Shown: positions 1 through 13,072, numbered from the stretch's first letter. The stretch: DNA of 64,000 bases from Octopus sinensis (GCF_006345805.1 NC_043006.1:29884001-29948000), one strand, 5' to 3'. Numbers and translations: made by a program. The notes: a model not told the origin generated them from the sequence alone.

Positions 1-675
1 TAGAACTTTGAACAGACGGACAACTTTGTGTAGTCAAATTTTGGAGACACATCTTGACCGAGTGTTGAGTAGTCTGAAGTTAAGATCAAGCAAAGGGTTA
101 GAAAACAAGTAATAAATACTGATCATTTGTTTGATGAAGTTGTTATTGCAAAGAGCTTTGGGACTTCTAAGACAGAAATTTGGACAACACTGAACATTAA
201 GTATGAAGAATGATGGAATTTTTTTTTTATCATTGGAAACATATTTTAGGCGAATTTATATTTTACGTTTTAATTGTCTTATAAATGTTAATTTTTGGAA
301 TATGTATGTTATTGTGGACCAGATACAAACGTTTGATTTGTATATTCCCAAACACCGTTTGACTTTTTTCTCTAAGGTTTCTTGACACCCACGTAAGTGG
401 TGAAACTGCATTAGGTGTCGAAATTTTAATGATATCCATTAACCAGCTGATGAGGGAAATTCCCCAGTTGTGTTAAATTAGGATTTCGTTCTGTAGCTGT
501 TTCAGGTTGCTGCAAATATCCAATCATTTATTTTCGTTTTGTTTTTGTTGCTTTGCTTTGGTGTTTTACGAGGATTACATAGGTTCATAGTTCTGAACTG
601 TGAGGTTTTACGAAAGTCATTTAAACTCGAAAACAACTCGAAAGAAATCAGGTCTAACTGCTTCTTTTTTTTTTT

Positions 676-1347
676 AATTGATTAAATTGACTAAAAGGTT
701 AATCTTGCTCCTTCGTAGACTTTATTTCTGGCACTTTCTCTCCTCTAAATAGTAAAGTTGTAACTCTGTGGTCACAGAATGAATGACACACATATACATG
801 TCATACATATTCACAAACAAGCAAACATAAAATGAAAGTAAATGCATCTGGGATGGCTTCGACAATTAGTATTCTAGTTGTTCGACTAGCAGAAACATTC
901 ATTCATTGTATTATAACTTAAGCGGTCGGGTATTCCGCAGTCAATTGTGCCTTTAATGTAATGAGCATAACCCATTGCGATGCGACTATCTGCGTTTGAA
1001 TTACAAGCGAAGTCCATAGGACCCTCTTCCCCCGTTCCACTCTTCTCAATCTCCCAATTGCATTGACAACGCCAGGGTCGACCCTTGCTTGTAGTAAGAG
1101 ACACTTGCCTCATATGTCTTGCAATGAGATCGAACTCAAGACATGAGAACTGCGAAGTTAACCAAATGTCCATGCCATTCTCTCATACACACATATACAA
1201 ACGAACACACGAACGTACACACACAAATGCATACACAAACACACTCAGATATGTGAACATATATTTACATACGCACATACAACACATTCATGTATGTTTG
1301 TATGTGTACAAGCATGCATGTAGGTAGGTGTGTGTGTATGTATGAAC

Positions 1348-1419
<72 letters not shown>

Positions 1420-1879
1420 TGTGTGTGAAGCATCGTTGTTCTGAGCTGCAGTTGTAGGTTTGCAACAGATGGGAGAAGCTATGAACAAAACAGACGGATG
1501 ACGACTACTGCCAGGAGAGATGTATGTATGCGTTGATGTGTGTAAGGATGCGGAGGAGGGAGGGGAGGAGGGCAGTGGGAGGAGTGGTAAAGAGTTCAAT
1601 TAAAGTCATTTTCTGTTTTTGTTTTCGAAAAACTCATCTGCGAATTCCTCATAACGAAAAAAAACTAGGAACAACAGTGTCAAGTTAGAATTGGACATCC
1701 CGTTAAAAAACAACGCAGCACAACCAGATGTTAAAAATGGACGTGTTTGACCCATCGAATGGTCATGGGGGAGAGAAAATAAACAGCCGCGTTCGCGCTT
1801 CTTCTTTTATTCTATTTTTGTTTCTTCTTCAATTTCGGTGTTGTTTTCTTTGTTTCCTTTTCTTTCTTCTTTTTTTTTT
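676..1879. repeat. Tandem duplication, unit A (1204 bp)
   Basis: AATTGATTAAATTGACT starts at 676 and again at 1880. Identical ORFs 886-1173 and 2090-2377 are offset by 1204. Confidence 0.95.
1099..1164 (-). mobile_element. Degenerate tRNA-derived SINE head fragment (duplicated at ~2303-2368)
   Basis: Minus strand has B-box-like GAGTTCGATCTC followed by GGCAAGTGTCT, similar to the SINE heads at 4055 and 13762. Confidence 0.35.
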
Positions 1880-3084
1880 AATTGATTAAATTGACTAAAA
1901 GGTTAATCTTGCTCCTTCGTAGACTTTATTTCTGGCACTTTCTCTCCTCTAAATAGTAAAGTTGTAACTCTGTGGTCACAGAATGAATGACACACATATA
2001 CATGTCATACATATTCACAAACAAGCAAACATAAAATGAAAGTAAATGCATCTGGGATGGCTTCGACAATTAGTATTCTAGTTGTTCGACTAGCAGAAAC
2101 ATTCATTCATTGTATTATAACTTAAGCGGTCGGGTATTCCGCAGTCAATTGTGCCTTTAATGTAATGAGCATAACCCATTGCGATGCGACTATCTGCGTT
2201 TGAATTACAAGCGAAGTCCATAGGACCCTCTTCCCCCGTTCCACTCTTCTCAATCTCCCAATTGCATTGACAACGCCAGGGTCGACCCTTGCTTGTAGTA
2301 AGAGACACTTGCCTCATATGTCTTGCAATGAGATCGAACTCAAGACATGAGAACTGCGAAGTTAACCAAATGTCCATGCCATTCTCTCATACACACATAT
2401 ACAAACGAACACACGAACGTACACACACAAATGCATACACAAACACACTCAGATATGTGAACATATATTTACATACGCACATACAACACATTCATGTATG
2501 TTTGTATGTGTACAAGCATGCATGTAGGTAGGTGTGTGTGTATGTATGAACGTATGTGTGTGTGTGTGTGTGGTGTGTGTGTGTGTGTGTGTTGTGTGTG
2601 TGGTGTGTGTGTATGTGTGTGTGTGTGAAGCATCGTTGTTCTGAGCTGCAGTTGTAGGTTTGCAACAGATGGGAGAGCTACGAACAAAACAGACGGATGA
2701 CGACTACTGCCAGGAGAGATGTATGTATGCGTTGATGTGTGTAAGGATGCGGAGGAGGGAGGGGAGGAGGGCAGTGGGAGGAGTGGTAAAGAGTTCAATT
2801 AAAGTCATTTTCTGTTTTTGTTTTCGAAAAACTCATCTGCGAATTCCTCATAACGAAAAAAAACTAGGAACAACAGTGTCAAGTTAGAATTGGACATCCC
2901 GTTAAAAAACAACGCAGCACAACCAGATGTAAAAATGGACGTGTTTGACCCATCGAATGGTCATGGGGGAGAGAAAATAAACAGCCGCGTTCGCGCTTCT
3001 TCTTTTATTCTATTTTTGTTTCTTCTTCAATTTCGGTGTTGTTTTCTTTGTTTCCTTTTCTTTCTTTTTTTTTTTTTTTTTTTT
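1880..3084. repeat. Tandem duplication, unit B
   Basis: Near-identical to 676-1879 apart from the (TG)n tract and a few 1-nt differences. Ends in a poly-T tract. Confidence 0.95.
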
Positions 3085-3282
3085 GATGACACAACAAGAG
3101 CAGCAAAAGAAGTTTGAAAGAAACTTCTGGTAAAGAGACGGCGTTGTGTAGCTTGGAGTACAAAGACATCACACTATGCACTGATTGGCATCTGCTCTAC
3201 TTATTTTATTTTCTATGTGTTATCATCATCATCGTCATCGTCATCTTGTTATTTTTATGTTAGTTTCTCATAAGTGGCTCTG

Positions 3283-3308
3283 AGTGTGTGTGTGTGTGTG
3301 TGTGTGGT

Positions 3309-3349
<41 letters not shown>

Positions 3350-3745
3350 TGTGTGTATTGTGCATCAAAGTGGAAGTGGTTGTTGATTATCGATAATCTT
3401 GAAGAAGGGTGTATGCATTTTCTAGTACATATGCACAGATGTGTGTATGTGTGTATGTGTGTGTGTATGTATGTGTATGCATGTGTGTGTATGTGTGTAT
3501 GTATGTGTGTGTATGCATGTGTGTGTATGTGTGTGTATGTATGTGTATGTATGTGTGTGTGTGTATGTATGTGTATGCATGTGTGTGTATGTGTGTATGT
3601 ATGTGTGTGTATGCATGTGTGTGTATGTGTGTGTATGTATGTGTATGTATGTGTGTGTATGTATGTGTGTGTATGTGTGTGTATGTATGTGTGTATGTAT
3701 GTGAGTGTATGTGTGTGTATGTGTGTGTATGTATGTGTGTGTGTG
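3283..3745. repeat. Compound (TG)n/(TATG)n microsatellite
   Basis: Read directly. Explains the CV/HT-rich ORFs. Confidence 0.95.
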
Positions 3746-4054
3746 CGCTGGTACAAGATTACATCGGTTATTATCTCCCTTCGTCTTTGTCCTCCCCCCA
3801 GCCCACTCTACGTTTCTCTTTCTCACTATTCTTAGGTTTTTTAATTAACAAACACACGCTCACACACAAGCACACACACATACACAAGCACACACACACA
3901 CACAATCACATAAACACACACACAAGCACATAAACACACACACAAGCACATACACGATACACATTCCTACATATACAAATAGTAAACTGATAAACAGAGT
4001 CAGACAGACAGACAGACAAATTGGGAGAAAGAGGGAGAACGAAGACGGTGAGAT

Positions 4055-4215
4055 ACGATGGCTAGGGTGGTTTGGGGTGTTGCACTCACCATCACGAGAT
4101 ATTGCGTTCATTTTCTGGACCGGGTGGGGCGTCGTGTTCTTGAGCAAGACACTTCAGCTCCCGTTATTCTGCGTCGTTACCTGACCTGTAATACATCGTG
4201 CACCTGTCCAAGCAA
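4055..4215 (+). mobile_element. tRNA-derived SINE (5' part)
   Basis: tRNA-like head GATGGCTAGGGTGGT...GGACCGGG followed by TTGAGCAAGACACTT. Same family as 50690-50972. Confidence 0.6.
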
Positions 4216-4217
4216 CC

Positions 4218-4234
4218 CCTCTCTCTCTCTCTCT

Positions 4235-4289
<55 letters not shown>
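4218..4289. repeat. (CT)n microsatellite
   Basis: Read directly. Confidence 0.95.
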
Positions 4290-4293
<4 letters not shown>

Positions 4294-6465
4294 ATATGTG
4301 TGTGTGTGTGTGTGTGTGTAATTATGCATTATGCTCTCTTCCGAAATATGACCAGCACAGCGTATCCATCTGAAGTTGCTTGAGCGATTTCATCAAAACC
4401 GTTTGAGATTCATATTCAACATCAACTGGTAAAATAAGACACCTGACATGGAAGTTCTTATATAACTCGTTTTTTTGCAATAAAATTTAATTCTTTCAAA
4501 TAACTATTTTGTTAACCACATCAAGGATTTTATTATCCTCTGTCTATAGATTTCACATTTAAAAAGATTATGGCCAGAAACCGTTTCCTCATTTCATTTG
4601 TAACATAAGAACGCACTAGATTCGGTTCTATTTTGTCCATTAAAGCAAAACCTGAGAATCCCTTGAATCCACAGACAAAATCTCCAGATTGCAGTTCTAT
4701 GTTTGGATTAAGACACGATTAAAAAGCAGGAACAAAGAAATCATCAGTTTTTATGTTCACAATTTTGGATGATCTCACTTTTCAGGGGTTTTTTTAAATT
4801 AATTAGTTTGCATTCGCCTTTTACGCACTGTTGGGGGGAGGGCATGATGGTGTGGTTTTTGTCTGAGGGAAGATCATTTCTTTGATATGCTGTGTTAAAA
4901 ATACAATATATATCGGAGCGAGAACATCTCCCTAGCAGAAACCCTCGAGAATGCCAGATACATTTCGGTTTCCTTGGACCTAGTCATTCATATGCACCTG
5001 ATCGTCACATTCCCGGATGAAATTTGTCCCCTTCCATAAGTAGGAAATATTCACTGATATAGCGGACAACTGTTGAACGAGTCTTTAAATTGAATCTTAA
5101 TGTAAACATTAAAACCTTGGTTGTATACCAAAGATTAGTGCAGCTGATTGAAGGCAAAATCCCTTTTTTATAAATGCATTACAGAATACTGGAGTTTCAC
5201 TGGAATCTTTACCATAGATTATACGTTGAATAACGAATTGCATGTAAACTGACAGGGGGAGGAAAAGAAAGATAGATGGAGAGGGGAAAAGAGGGAGGTG
5301 AGAGAAAGAGAGAGGGAGGGAGAGAGAGTGAAAGAGATAGGAAGAGAGAGTAAACTGTTGTACTTAATAGAAAAGAGTATGAGAAGTAAAGTGAATTGCG
5401 TCGCCGAGGTTACCAAATATATTAATTTTCACTTAAGCTATTGACGCTTTTGAGAATGGCATGAACAACACATGACCTCATTCAATTTCCTTAATAAATG
5501 TGAAGTGTTTTACGTGTGAAATAATTATAGAGATACACGTATTAATTTCTATTTTTTCTGAGAAATTAATTATTAATTAAATTTCTACTTCTCATCTGAT
5601 GTACATCGTTGTCTCTTGTTACAGGAAGTTGACTGCTGACAGAATTGGTGTCACGATTGGTAGAAATAGAAACGGATGAGTAACACCCGCAGCTAATAAA
5701 TAACAAGAATTTGTGACATTTTCTATTTTATTTATTGTCTTTTAACAATTTAAATTAGATCACCTATAAGAGAAAAGTCAATGCAGGGTTACCGCTGAGA
5801 AAGCGCGCTTTTGCTTTATTCATGGAGGCAAAGCTTGTTGTTGCATTGCCACATAGATGACTTTAGAAAATAATTTATGGTTGCCATTTAGTTTGAAGTC
5901 ATCTCTGAATGAAAAGACGTTCCAGCCATGAACAGACCATAATCTTCAGGTGTAGATGGAATTGTATTACCCAGTGTGTCTTCTTTTTAGAAATGATCAA
6001 GCAGGACTTGAGGTCGAGAAATCATGTAGAGGCACCTTCCTTGCTTCACTATCTTCAAGAAGGATGTTAAGGGCGCCCATAAAGAGGTGAATTCGCATTA
6101 AGTCGAGTTTGCGATGCAGCTTCGATTTAAATTAAAGACATTTCAGTGATTTTTGCAGAGATACGCATCTGAGAATAAACCGTATCCTTTGGTGTGTTCC
6201 CCAACACCTTAAGAATTAATCACATCAGGAACGGTCTTAGGAGAATAAGTGATCAATAACTTTGGTCAATTCTTGGAATTTGTCAATTAGAGATAACTTA
6301 TCCAAATTACATGCACTTAAATTCTATAGCCTGTTAAACAAGGTTGAGCTGTAAAGTAAAGTGCCCTCCACTGGTGGACCCTGAGCTATCGATCTGGTAT
6401 TATGCGTATTCAACCACTTCGGTTTTATTTAGTTTTATCTCTCAGTCATCTCGTATATGTTGGCT

Positions 6466-6603
<138 letters not shown>

Positions 6604-7481
6604 TACCCCAATAACAGCGACTTCTATTGTTTTTGGTGTTCTTGTTTGTCGCTCTCTGTGGCTGTTGTTCAGTGTTGTTTCATCCTCATCGCCATCTTCT
6701 CAAGTCTTTTTTTTTTATTTTAATGTTCATTATCGTTCATGTTATCCAGTTCCAGGTTACCCTCGATTAAAGCTATTCCCGACGAGATCATCCCGTCTCC
6801 TTCCGAGACACATTTCTCCCTGAACCACAATAATTAATGTTTGCTTTTCCCAAGATTGCAGAGTTTTTGTTATAGGGGAGACAGTTGGCTGACATCTTAG
6901 CAAGTCACGTGACTACGCGGGGGTCTCTTTTCATGGCTTGTCTCTGGTTCTTGTCGCCGTCGTTCTAAACCATTCGAAAATTCATAGGAAAGATTTCCTT
7001 TCATTAGTTAAAAGTTTAATCAAAATTGCAGCATTAACTAGAAAAATTAGAAATAAAATTAACGTAGAAATATTTTTAAAAGAGAAAAACCAACTCTTGC
7101 CACTGTCTGCCTCCCTTCTACTAGATGTCACATTAGACAGGATATTCACTAGGATTAAATAAACATCAAGACAGCTCACTTCATCCACCCGAACAGGAAA
7201 CTATAGCCCATTTTAATTAACAATCCATAATGTCTAAGCGATCAACTGATTCGTTAAACAAATTAAGCCACCCACTCTGTGTGTGGGCGTGTACAGAGGC
7301 ATATATCTATCTGTCTATCCATCTACTTCACTCACTTTCATACATACATACATACATACATACATACATACATACATACATACATACATACATACATACA
7401 TACATACATACATACATTCTTGTCAGACGGCAGCGCGCTGGGGAAAGTCCAGAGCAACAGATTACTGGATTGGCTTTAACT

Positions 7482-7504
<23 letters not shown>

Positions 7505-7512
<8 letters not shown>

Positions 7513-7715
7513 ACGGGAAGCTTTATGAAAATAAACAAAAGACGAAGGCAGGTGGAAGACAAACGAACAATTGTATTAGTATGGCGCTCAGGAAATATAA
7601 ATAAAACAAGTCTTTAACGTTTCGAGCCTACGCTCTTCAACAGAAAGATACACAGAGAGAGAAAAACACAGAAAGAAGGAGAGAAAAAAAATGCGTGCAG
7701 TAGCTAACGAATCAA
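7505..7715 (-). mobile_element. Penelope-like terminal fragment with hammerhead-like motif (A6U family)
   Basis: Reverse complement of 9900-10082. Contains CTGTTGAAGAGCGTAGGCTCGAAACGT and ends in TA repeats. Confidence 0.6.
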
Positions 7716-8394
7716 CAAAGTATAGAATCACACCCTAATTATATAATTATATGGCCATAAAAGGCATGAGCGCTCACGTAAATTTTTATCATCCGATCAG
7801 TATCGGCTGGCATGTAGCAATTAACGTCGGCGACATAAAAAAAAAAGACGTGAGTAAAATTGCATTTCCGAAGGTTCCAGAAGTTTTGTCTTGAACTCTA
7901 AAGGGCTAGATTTTCGAACCTACGAGTTACTGTAAACTCTATATGGAACTCTGGCGTTTTGTTCCAATAAATTTGCTCTCACTTCTTTCTACTTGTTCTT
8001 GTATACCATATTCTATATACAATGTTTGCCAAAGAAATCAATCCGGTACTGTAATGTAGACATTCATATATACTTATATGCATACCAGCGTCTTTCTATA
8101 TAATTATCTACTTTATTCTGTTTACAATAATAATGTACATATGCCACATAACAGTATTAACCAATCATTATATTTATCTTCCATACTGCAAAGCTTCAAG
8201 TATCACACACATTCTTGTAGAAATGTTTTTTAACATTAATTTACTTGTACATATGTAATGCATAAACCATTTAAAATGATAAATGGAAACGCATATCATA
8301 TATTGTTGTCTCATTCTTGTCTACGACGCAGCCTTTTGCCGTCCTTGTTTTAACCAATGACAGTGCAATGAGTGACCTAACAATACGTGTGTGC

Positions 8395-8925
8395 GTGATT
8401 GTTTTGTAGACCTCGAAAAGGCGTAAAAATGCGTGGAGAATTCGCAGAAGTTTAAGGTTAGTGAGCAACTTCTGGTTGCTGTGAAGTCCCTATACTAATT
8501 CCCAGATACTTCTGTCCAAGGAAACGGTGTTAAGTCGAAACCTTTCGATGTCAGTGTTGGACTTGGGAAAGGGTGCATATAGTCACCTCTCTTTTTCATA
8601 ATTTTTATGAGATGCACAGCCTTTGAGGAATTGGTATCAAATCTGGGGGCTGTAGGATCAATTGGCAGATATTTGCTACTTGGCTCATCAGAAGATGATT
8701 TCCAATATGCACTGATTGGGTTCATTGGCAAGTGCTGAAAGACATGGATGAGAATGAGCACCGCAAAGACTGAGACATTGGGCCTCTTAAGAAAGCATTC
8801 CCAGTGCACTCTGCCTGTTAGTAAAGCATCACTGAGAAAAGTGGAGAAGTATTCACGAGTGATGGGATGCAGGAAGGTGAACTAGATGATAGAGTTGCAA
8901 CTGTTCAAGAACATGTCCGGATATA
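8395..8925 (+). mobile_element. RTE-clade (Expander/Rex3-like) LINE reverse transcriptase relic
   Basis: Plus strand reads CFVDLEKA...LLVAVKSLY...VKSKPFDVSVGLGKGCI*SPLFFIIFM, with stops and deletions. Confidence 0.75.
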
Positions 8926-9175
8926 TTTTCAGCAGATAAATTAATCTTATTCTTTCGTTAAAAATAAAACCGCGTTGTTTCTCTCAAACGATCTCGGCGA
9001 ACGTAAGATCGTTTAATAAGATCGAACATTGAAAAATATAGCGGTTTGTTACATAACTTTAGATTTTGCATATATATATTATATATGTGTGTGTGTGTAT
9101 TTGTGTGTGTTTGTGTGTGTGTGTGTGGTGTGTGTGTGTGTGTGTGTGTGTGTGCATGTGTGTGTGCGTGTGTGT

Positions 9176-9481
9176 GGAGGCGCAATGGCCCAGTAGTTAG
9201 GGCAGCGGATTTGCGGTCGTAGGATCGCGGTTTCGATTCCCAGACCGGGCGTTGTGAGTGTTTATTGAGCGAAAACACCTAAAGCTCCACGAGGCTCCGG
9301 CAGGGGTTGGTGGCGAACCCTGCTGTACTCTTTCGCCACAACTTTCTCTCACTCTCTCTTCTGTTGGCCTGCTCGCTTAGCCAGCGGGGGGGTGTCATTT
9401 GAAGGCGAAAACAATGCGAAGCGCATTGTGACCAGCGATGTGTAGCAACATCTGATAGCCTGGTCGGTCACGGTGATCACG

Positions 9482-9486
<5 letters not shown>
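9176..9486 (+). mobile_element. Full-length tRNA-derived SINE with RTE-type 3' tail
   Basis: A/B-box head GGAGGCGCAATGGCCCAGTAGTTAGG...GGTTTCGATTCC. The tail matches the RTE LINE 3' end at 21497-21531 and runs into (TA)n. Confidence 0.85.
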
Positions 9487-9523
<37 letters not shown>

Positions 9524-9534
9524 ATATATATATA

Positions 9535-9607
<73 letters not shown>

Positions 9608-9804
9608 AAAATGAGATGACAAAGGAAAAAATAATTGTCGGATTTCATTTTTTCTTCTGTAAGATGCAGTGGATTCATAGTTGAGTGCCTGAGTAACATC
9701 TTACAGCTTCATCTGAGCTTCAAACATGAAGTGTAATTTATATGTATATATATTCGGTTTATTATTTTGGATTGTTATCTGTAAACTTTCTCTCTCTCTA
9801 TATA

Positions 9805-9899
<95 letters not shown>

Positions 9900-9901
<2 letters not shown>

Positions 9902-10078
9902 TTTTTTCTCTCCTTCTTTGTGTGTTTTTTTTCTCTCTGTGTATCTTTCTGTTGAAGAGCGTAGGCTCGAAACGTTAAAGACTTGTTTTATTTATATTTC
10001 CTGAGCGCCATACTAATACAATTGTTCGTTTGTTTTCCACCTGCCTTCGTCTTTTGTCTATTTTCATAAAGCTTCCCG

Positions 10079-10082
<4 letters not shown>
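9900..10082 (+). mobile_element. Penelope-like terminal fragment with hammerhead-like motif (A6U family)
   Basis: Lies between two (TA)n tracts. Homologous to 7505-7715 and 52975-53178. Confidence 0.6.
9944..9981 (+). ncRNA. Minimal type I hammerhead-like motif with non-canonical CUGUUGA core
   Basis: UCUUU-CUGUUGA-AGAGC-GUAG-GCUC-GAAACGU-U-AAAGA. Stems I and II pair and stem III is palindromic. Confidence 0.45.
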
Positions 10083-10115
<33 letters not shown>

Positions 10116-10702
10116 GTATAAATGTAATTGTTCTCCCCAAAAAATTGCACTTCATGTTTGAGGCTCAGGCGTGGTAAGAAAATGGGAAATTGAAAAGCGT
10201 GTAGGAGCAAAATAACGAAAGTGATGGGGTTTGAAAAGATGGTAAAAACATTCCATGTTGTAGAGTTTCTTATGTTCTAAACTCTAATTTCTAAAGTAGT
10301 GAGAAGCATCGATGTTTGCTACGATGTTGTGCTAACATGGCGAAAGCAGAGTTGCTGAGAAAATAAGACAACATACTGAAATGTTAAGGCGAGATTAATT
10401 GTGTTGATGATATAAATAAATCTCTGTTAATTAACTCCGATATTAACAAATTTGTTAAACGCTAAACATATTGATAACAAAGATATATGTGGCATTTATG
10501 AAACGGAAAATTACATATACATAATAATATACATCTATAGATACACATGCATACATATATATATATTACACTAACACATATATATATATATATTTACATA
10601 CGTTTATACATATACACATACGCACATATATATTGATATTTACATATATATATATATATATATCTACATACACACACTCAATATATCTATCTATCTATCT
10701 AT

Positions 10703-10770
<68 letters not shown>

Positions 10771-10799
10771 ATATATATATAATATATATATATATATAA

Positions 10800-10916
10800 T
10801 GAGAAGGTCCGGTTATGGACGGGAAGCCTAAGATAAACCGGGCTTCGCCATTTTTAATATATCCTGCTCTATATCTTAGAATGTGCTTCTTCTTTCGGAT
10901 TTATGTTTTTTACAGA

Positions 10917-10920
<4 letters not shown>
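10800..10920 (-). mobile_element. Short Penelope-like 3'-end fragment between (TA)n tracts
   Basis: Shares CTATA.CTTAGA.TGT...TCTTTCGGATTTATG with 18828-18865. Minus translation resembles the GIY-YIG C-terminal tail of the 19.2 kb element. Confidence 0.4.
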
Positions 10921-10981
<61 letters not shown>

Positions 10982-11355
10982 CATATACATTTACAGAGGT
11001 AGACAAACCTCCACATAGAAGAAAGCAATGAGAAAGTAGTTGTGCTCGAAATCGAGATGCCAGCCATCGCCAAATGCGTGTGTTTATGGGAAGGGGGCGT
11101 GGTGCACGCGAGTATATATAACATCTGTGCATACACATGCACATACATGGCACACAAACACAAAAAACACATGAATAAATCGTGAATGCCAACCGGAAGT
11201 GGACCACTTCCTGCAAAAATTTAAATATATATATGCATGCTCTTCAATTTCAATATGGCATTTTCTTAATAATATCTATGCCTTTACATCTTATAAATAT
11301 GTGTTTATCTATTTCATTATGTATCTATGCATACACACACACTCACACACACACA

Positions 11356-11542
11356 TACGAGTGGTGGGGCTGAAAATTTCCTGGCTTTGGGTAAAAGAAA
11401 ATACAGAAGAATCAGATAATTATGATTTTATTCAACATATTCCATTCTCAGATTCTCACATTTATTGCAGCTGTACTTCAGCTTTTCTATACCATGTAAA
11501 AGAACTCGGAAGGGTGGGCTTTTCGCGACCCCACCCCTCGTA
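11356..11542. mobile_element. Mariner-derived MITE (internally deleted)
   Basis: TA-CGAG...GCTGAAAATTTCCTGGCTTT left end and CCCCTCG-TA right end. Same family as 38499-38724. Confidence 0.7.
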
Positions 11543-11735
11543 CATACATATACGCATGCATACATGCATACGTACGTCCGTACATACATACCTGCGTGTG
11601 TGTGTGTGTGTGTGGTGTGTGTGTGTGTGTGTGTGTGTGTAAATATATGTACAAATACATACTTATATCATGCACGAAACCAGACCAATGGAAATATTAT
11701 GCAAGGCCTGAAGAGCCGCGTCATGTGGAAAGGAT

Positions 11736-11905
11736 ATTAGTGTCGAATTTTGATACAAGGCCAGTAATTTTGAAGATGTAAGTCAATTACATCGACTCCC
11801 TAGTGCTCAACTCCGCGGAGGAATTTGTACTCAGACGTTATGCCGAACGAAATGCCGCCAAGCATTTTGCCCGGTGTGCTAACGATTCAGCCAACTCGCC
11901 ACCTT
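11736..11905 (-). mobile_element. CORE-type SINE, internally deleted
   Basis: Head AAGGTGGCGAGTTGGCTGAATCGTTAGCA and tail GCCTTGTATCAAAATTCGA on the minus strand, as in the other copies. Confidence 0.7.
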
Positions 11906-12377
11906 CCATGTATTGTCAAGTACAACACTAAGGTTTCGAAATGAAGCTAAACCTATGTCTAGTTTCATTTATTTTTCTAAGTAGATCATTGTCATTTTTT
12001 TAAATCGTGTCAGAATATCCTGAGCAGTTTAGTTGAATGTTTATGTTAGTCATAAGAAGGCGCTTGACTGTAGATCGAATTGCATGTTCGTGAAACAGCG
12101 TAAGAATTCGTTGTTGCTTAATCCAAAAGTCACTGCGTTTGTGCCCGTGTGTGTGTGAAAGAGGAATTATGAATGGTTGTCAAAAATTCACCAGTTCTCT
12201 AAGTTGATGAAGACAGAATAAAAGATAAAAAACAAAACTGGAGTAAGAGGGATGTCTCGATCAGTTATAGAAGCCCTTCTCGTAATTTTGGGGAAGTGTC
12301 AGAGACACGAGTGGAGTTGTCCAAACTCTGCGGTCTGTCTCTATTTCTCATGTAAAACATGTCTTATATGACTTAAT

Positions 12378-12586
12378 ATTGACTTCAAATTTCGACACAA
12401 GGCCAGCAATTTCGCAGGAGGGGAAAGCTGATTGCATCGACCCTAGTATGCAACTGGTACCTTATTTTATCGACCTAGAAAGGATGAAAGACGAAGTCGA
12501 CCGCGACAGAATTTGAACTCAGAACGTCAAGCGGGACGAAGTGCCGCTAAGCCGGTGTGCTAACCATTCCGCCAGCTCGCCGCCTT
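12378..12586 (-). mobile_element. CORE-type tRNA-derived SINE
   Basis: Minus strand has a tRNA head, then GTTCTGAGTTCAAAT and the CORE-like GTCGACTTCGTCTTTCATCCTT...GTCGATAAAATAAGGTACCAG. Confidence 0.85.
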
Positions 12587-12899
12587 AATAAGACCAAATA
12601 TTATCAATTATTATGTAAACGGCCCCACTGTTTCTCCCAGCCCCTGGAAATTTCCTTTAACCAACTTTTTTTTTCTTTTGCTTGGGAACACCTTGATTTT
12701 CAATAACCATCTGTATCTTTTTATATTTTTCTTCAATCGAGCGAGCAATTCTGAATATTATAGTTTATGCGAATGAGTAAAGCAGAGAGATTTTTGTTTC
12801 AAATTGTAGTTGGTTATTGCTACAAGTAATCCAAATGTGTTAGTATCAATACCTAAAGATTTCTTCTGACAAACCAGGATAAAAATCATGAGGAAAAAT

Positions 12900-12904
<5 letters not shown>

Positions 12905-12940
<36 letters not shown>

Positions 12941-13021
12941 GTTATAAGTTATATATATATATATATATATACTATATATATATATATCTATATATATATA
13001 TATTATATATATAGTTATAAG

Positions 13022-13052
<31 letters not shown>

Positions 13053-13072
13053 ATATATATATATAGTTATAA

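Noticed and set aside
886-1173. 95-aa ORF present twice
   Set aside because: The repetition is due to the tandem duplication. It overlaps a SINE-like fragment and has no recognisable domain.
5611-5705. Acceptor-like CTCTTGTTACAG|G, short open frame KLTADRIGVTIGRNRNG* and nearby AATAAA
   Set aside because: It could be a terminal exon, but such signals arise by chance in AT-rich DNA and no upstream partner exon was identified.
5760-6330. Possible transposase relic; similar impression at 32520-33200
   Set aside because: Translations gave no motif that could be assigned with confidence.
6904-6913. Perfect GTCACGTGAC (CLEAR/E-box) palindrome; similar E-box at ~20953
   Set aside because: These are single short motifs without other promoter evidence.
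9176-9250. tRNA gene
   Set aside because: The tRNA-like head continues into a SINE body and tail, and there is no complete cloverleaf.
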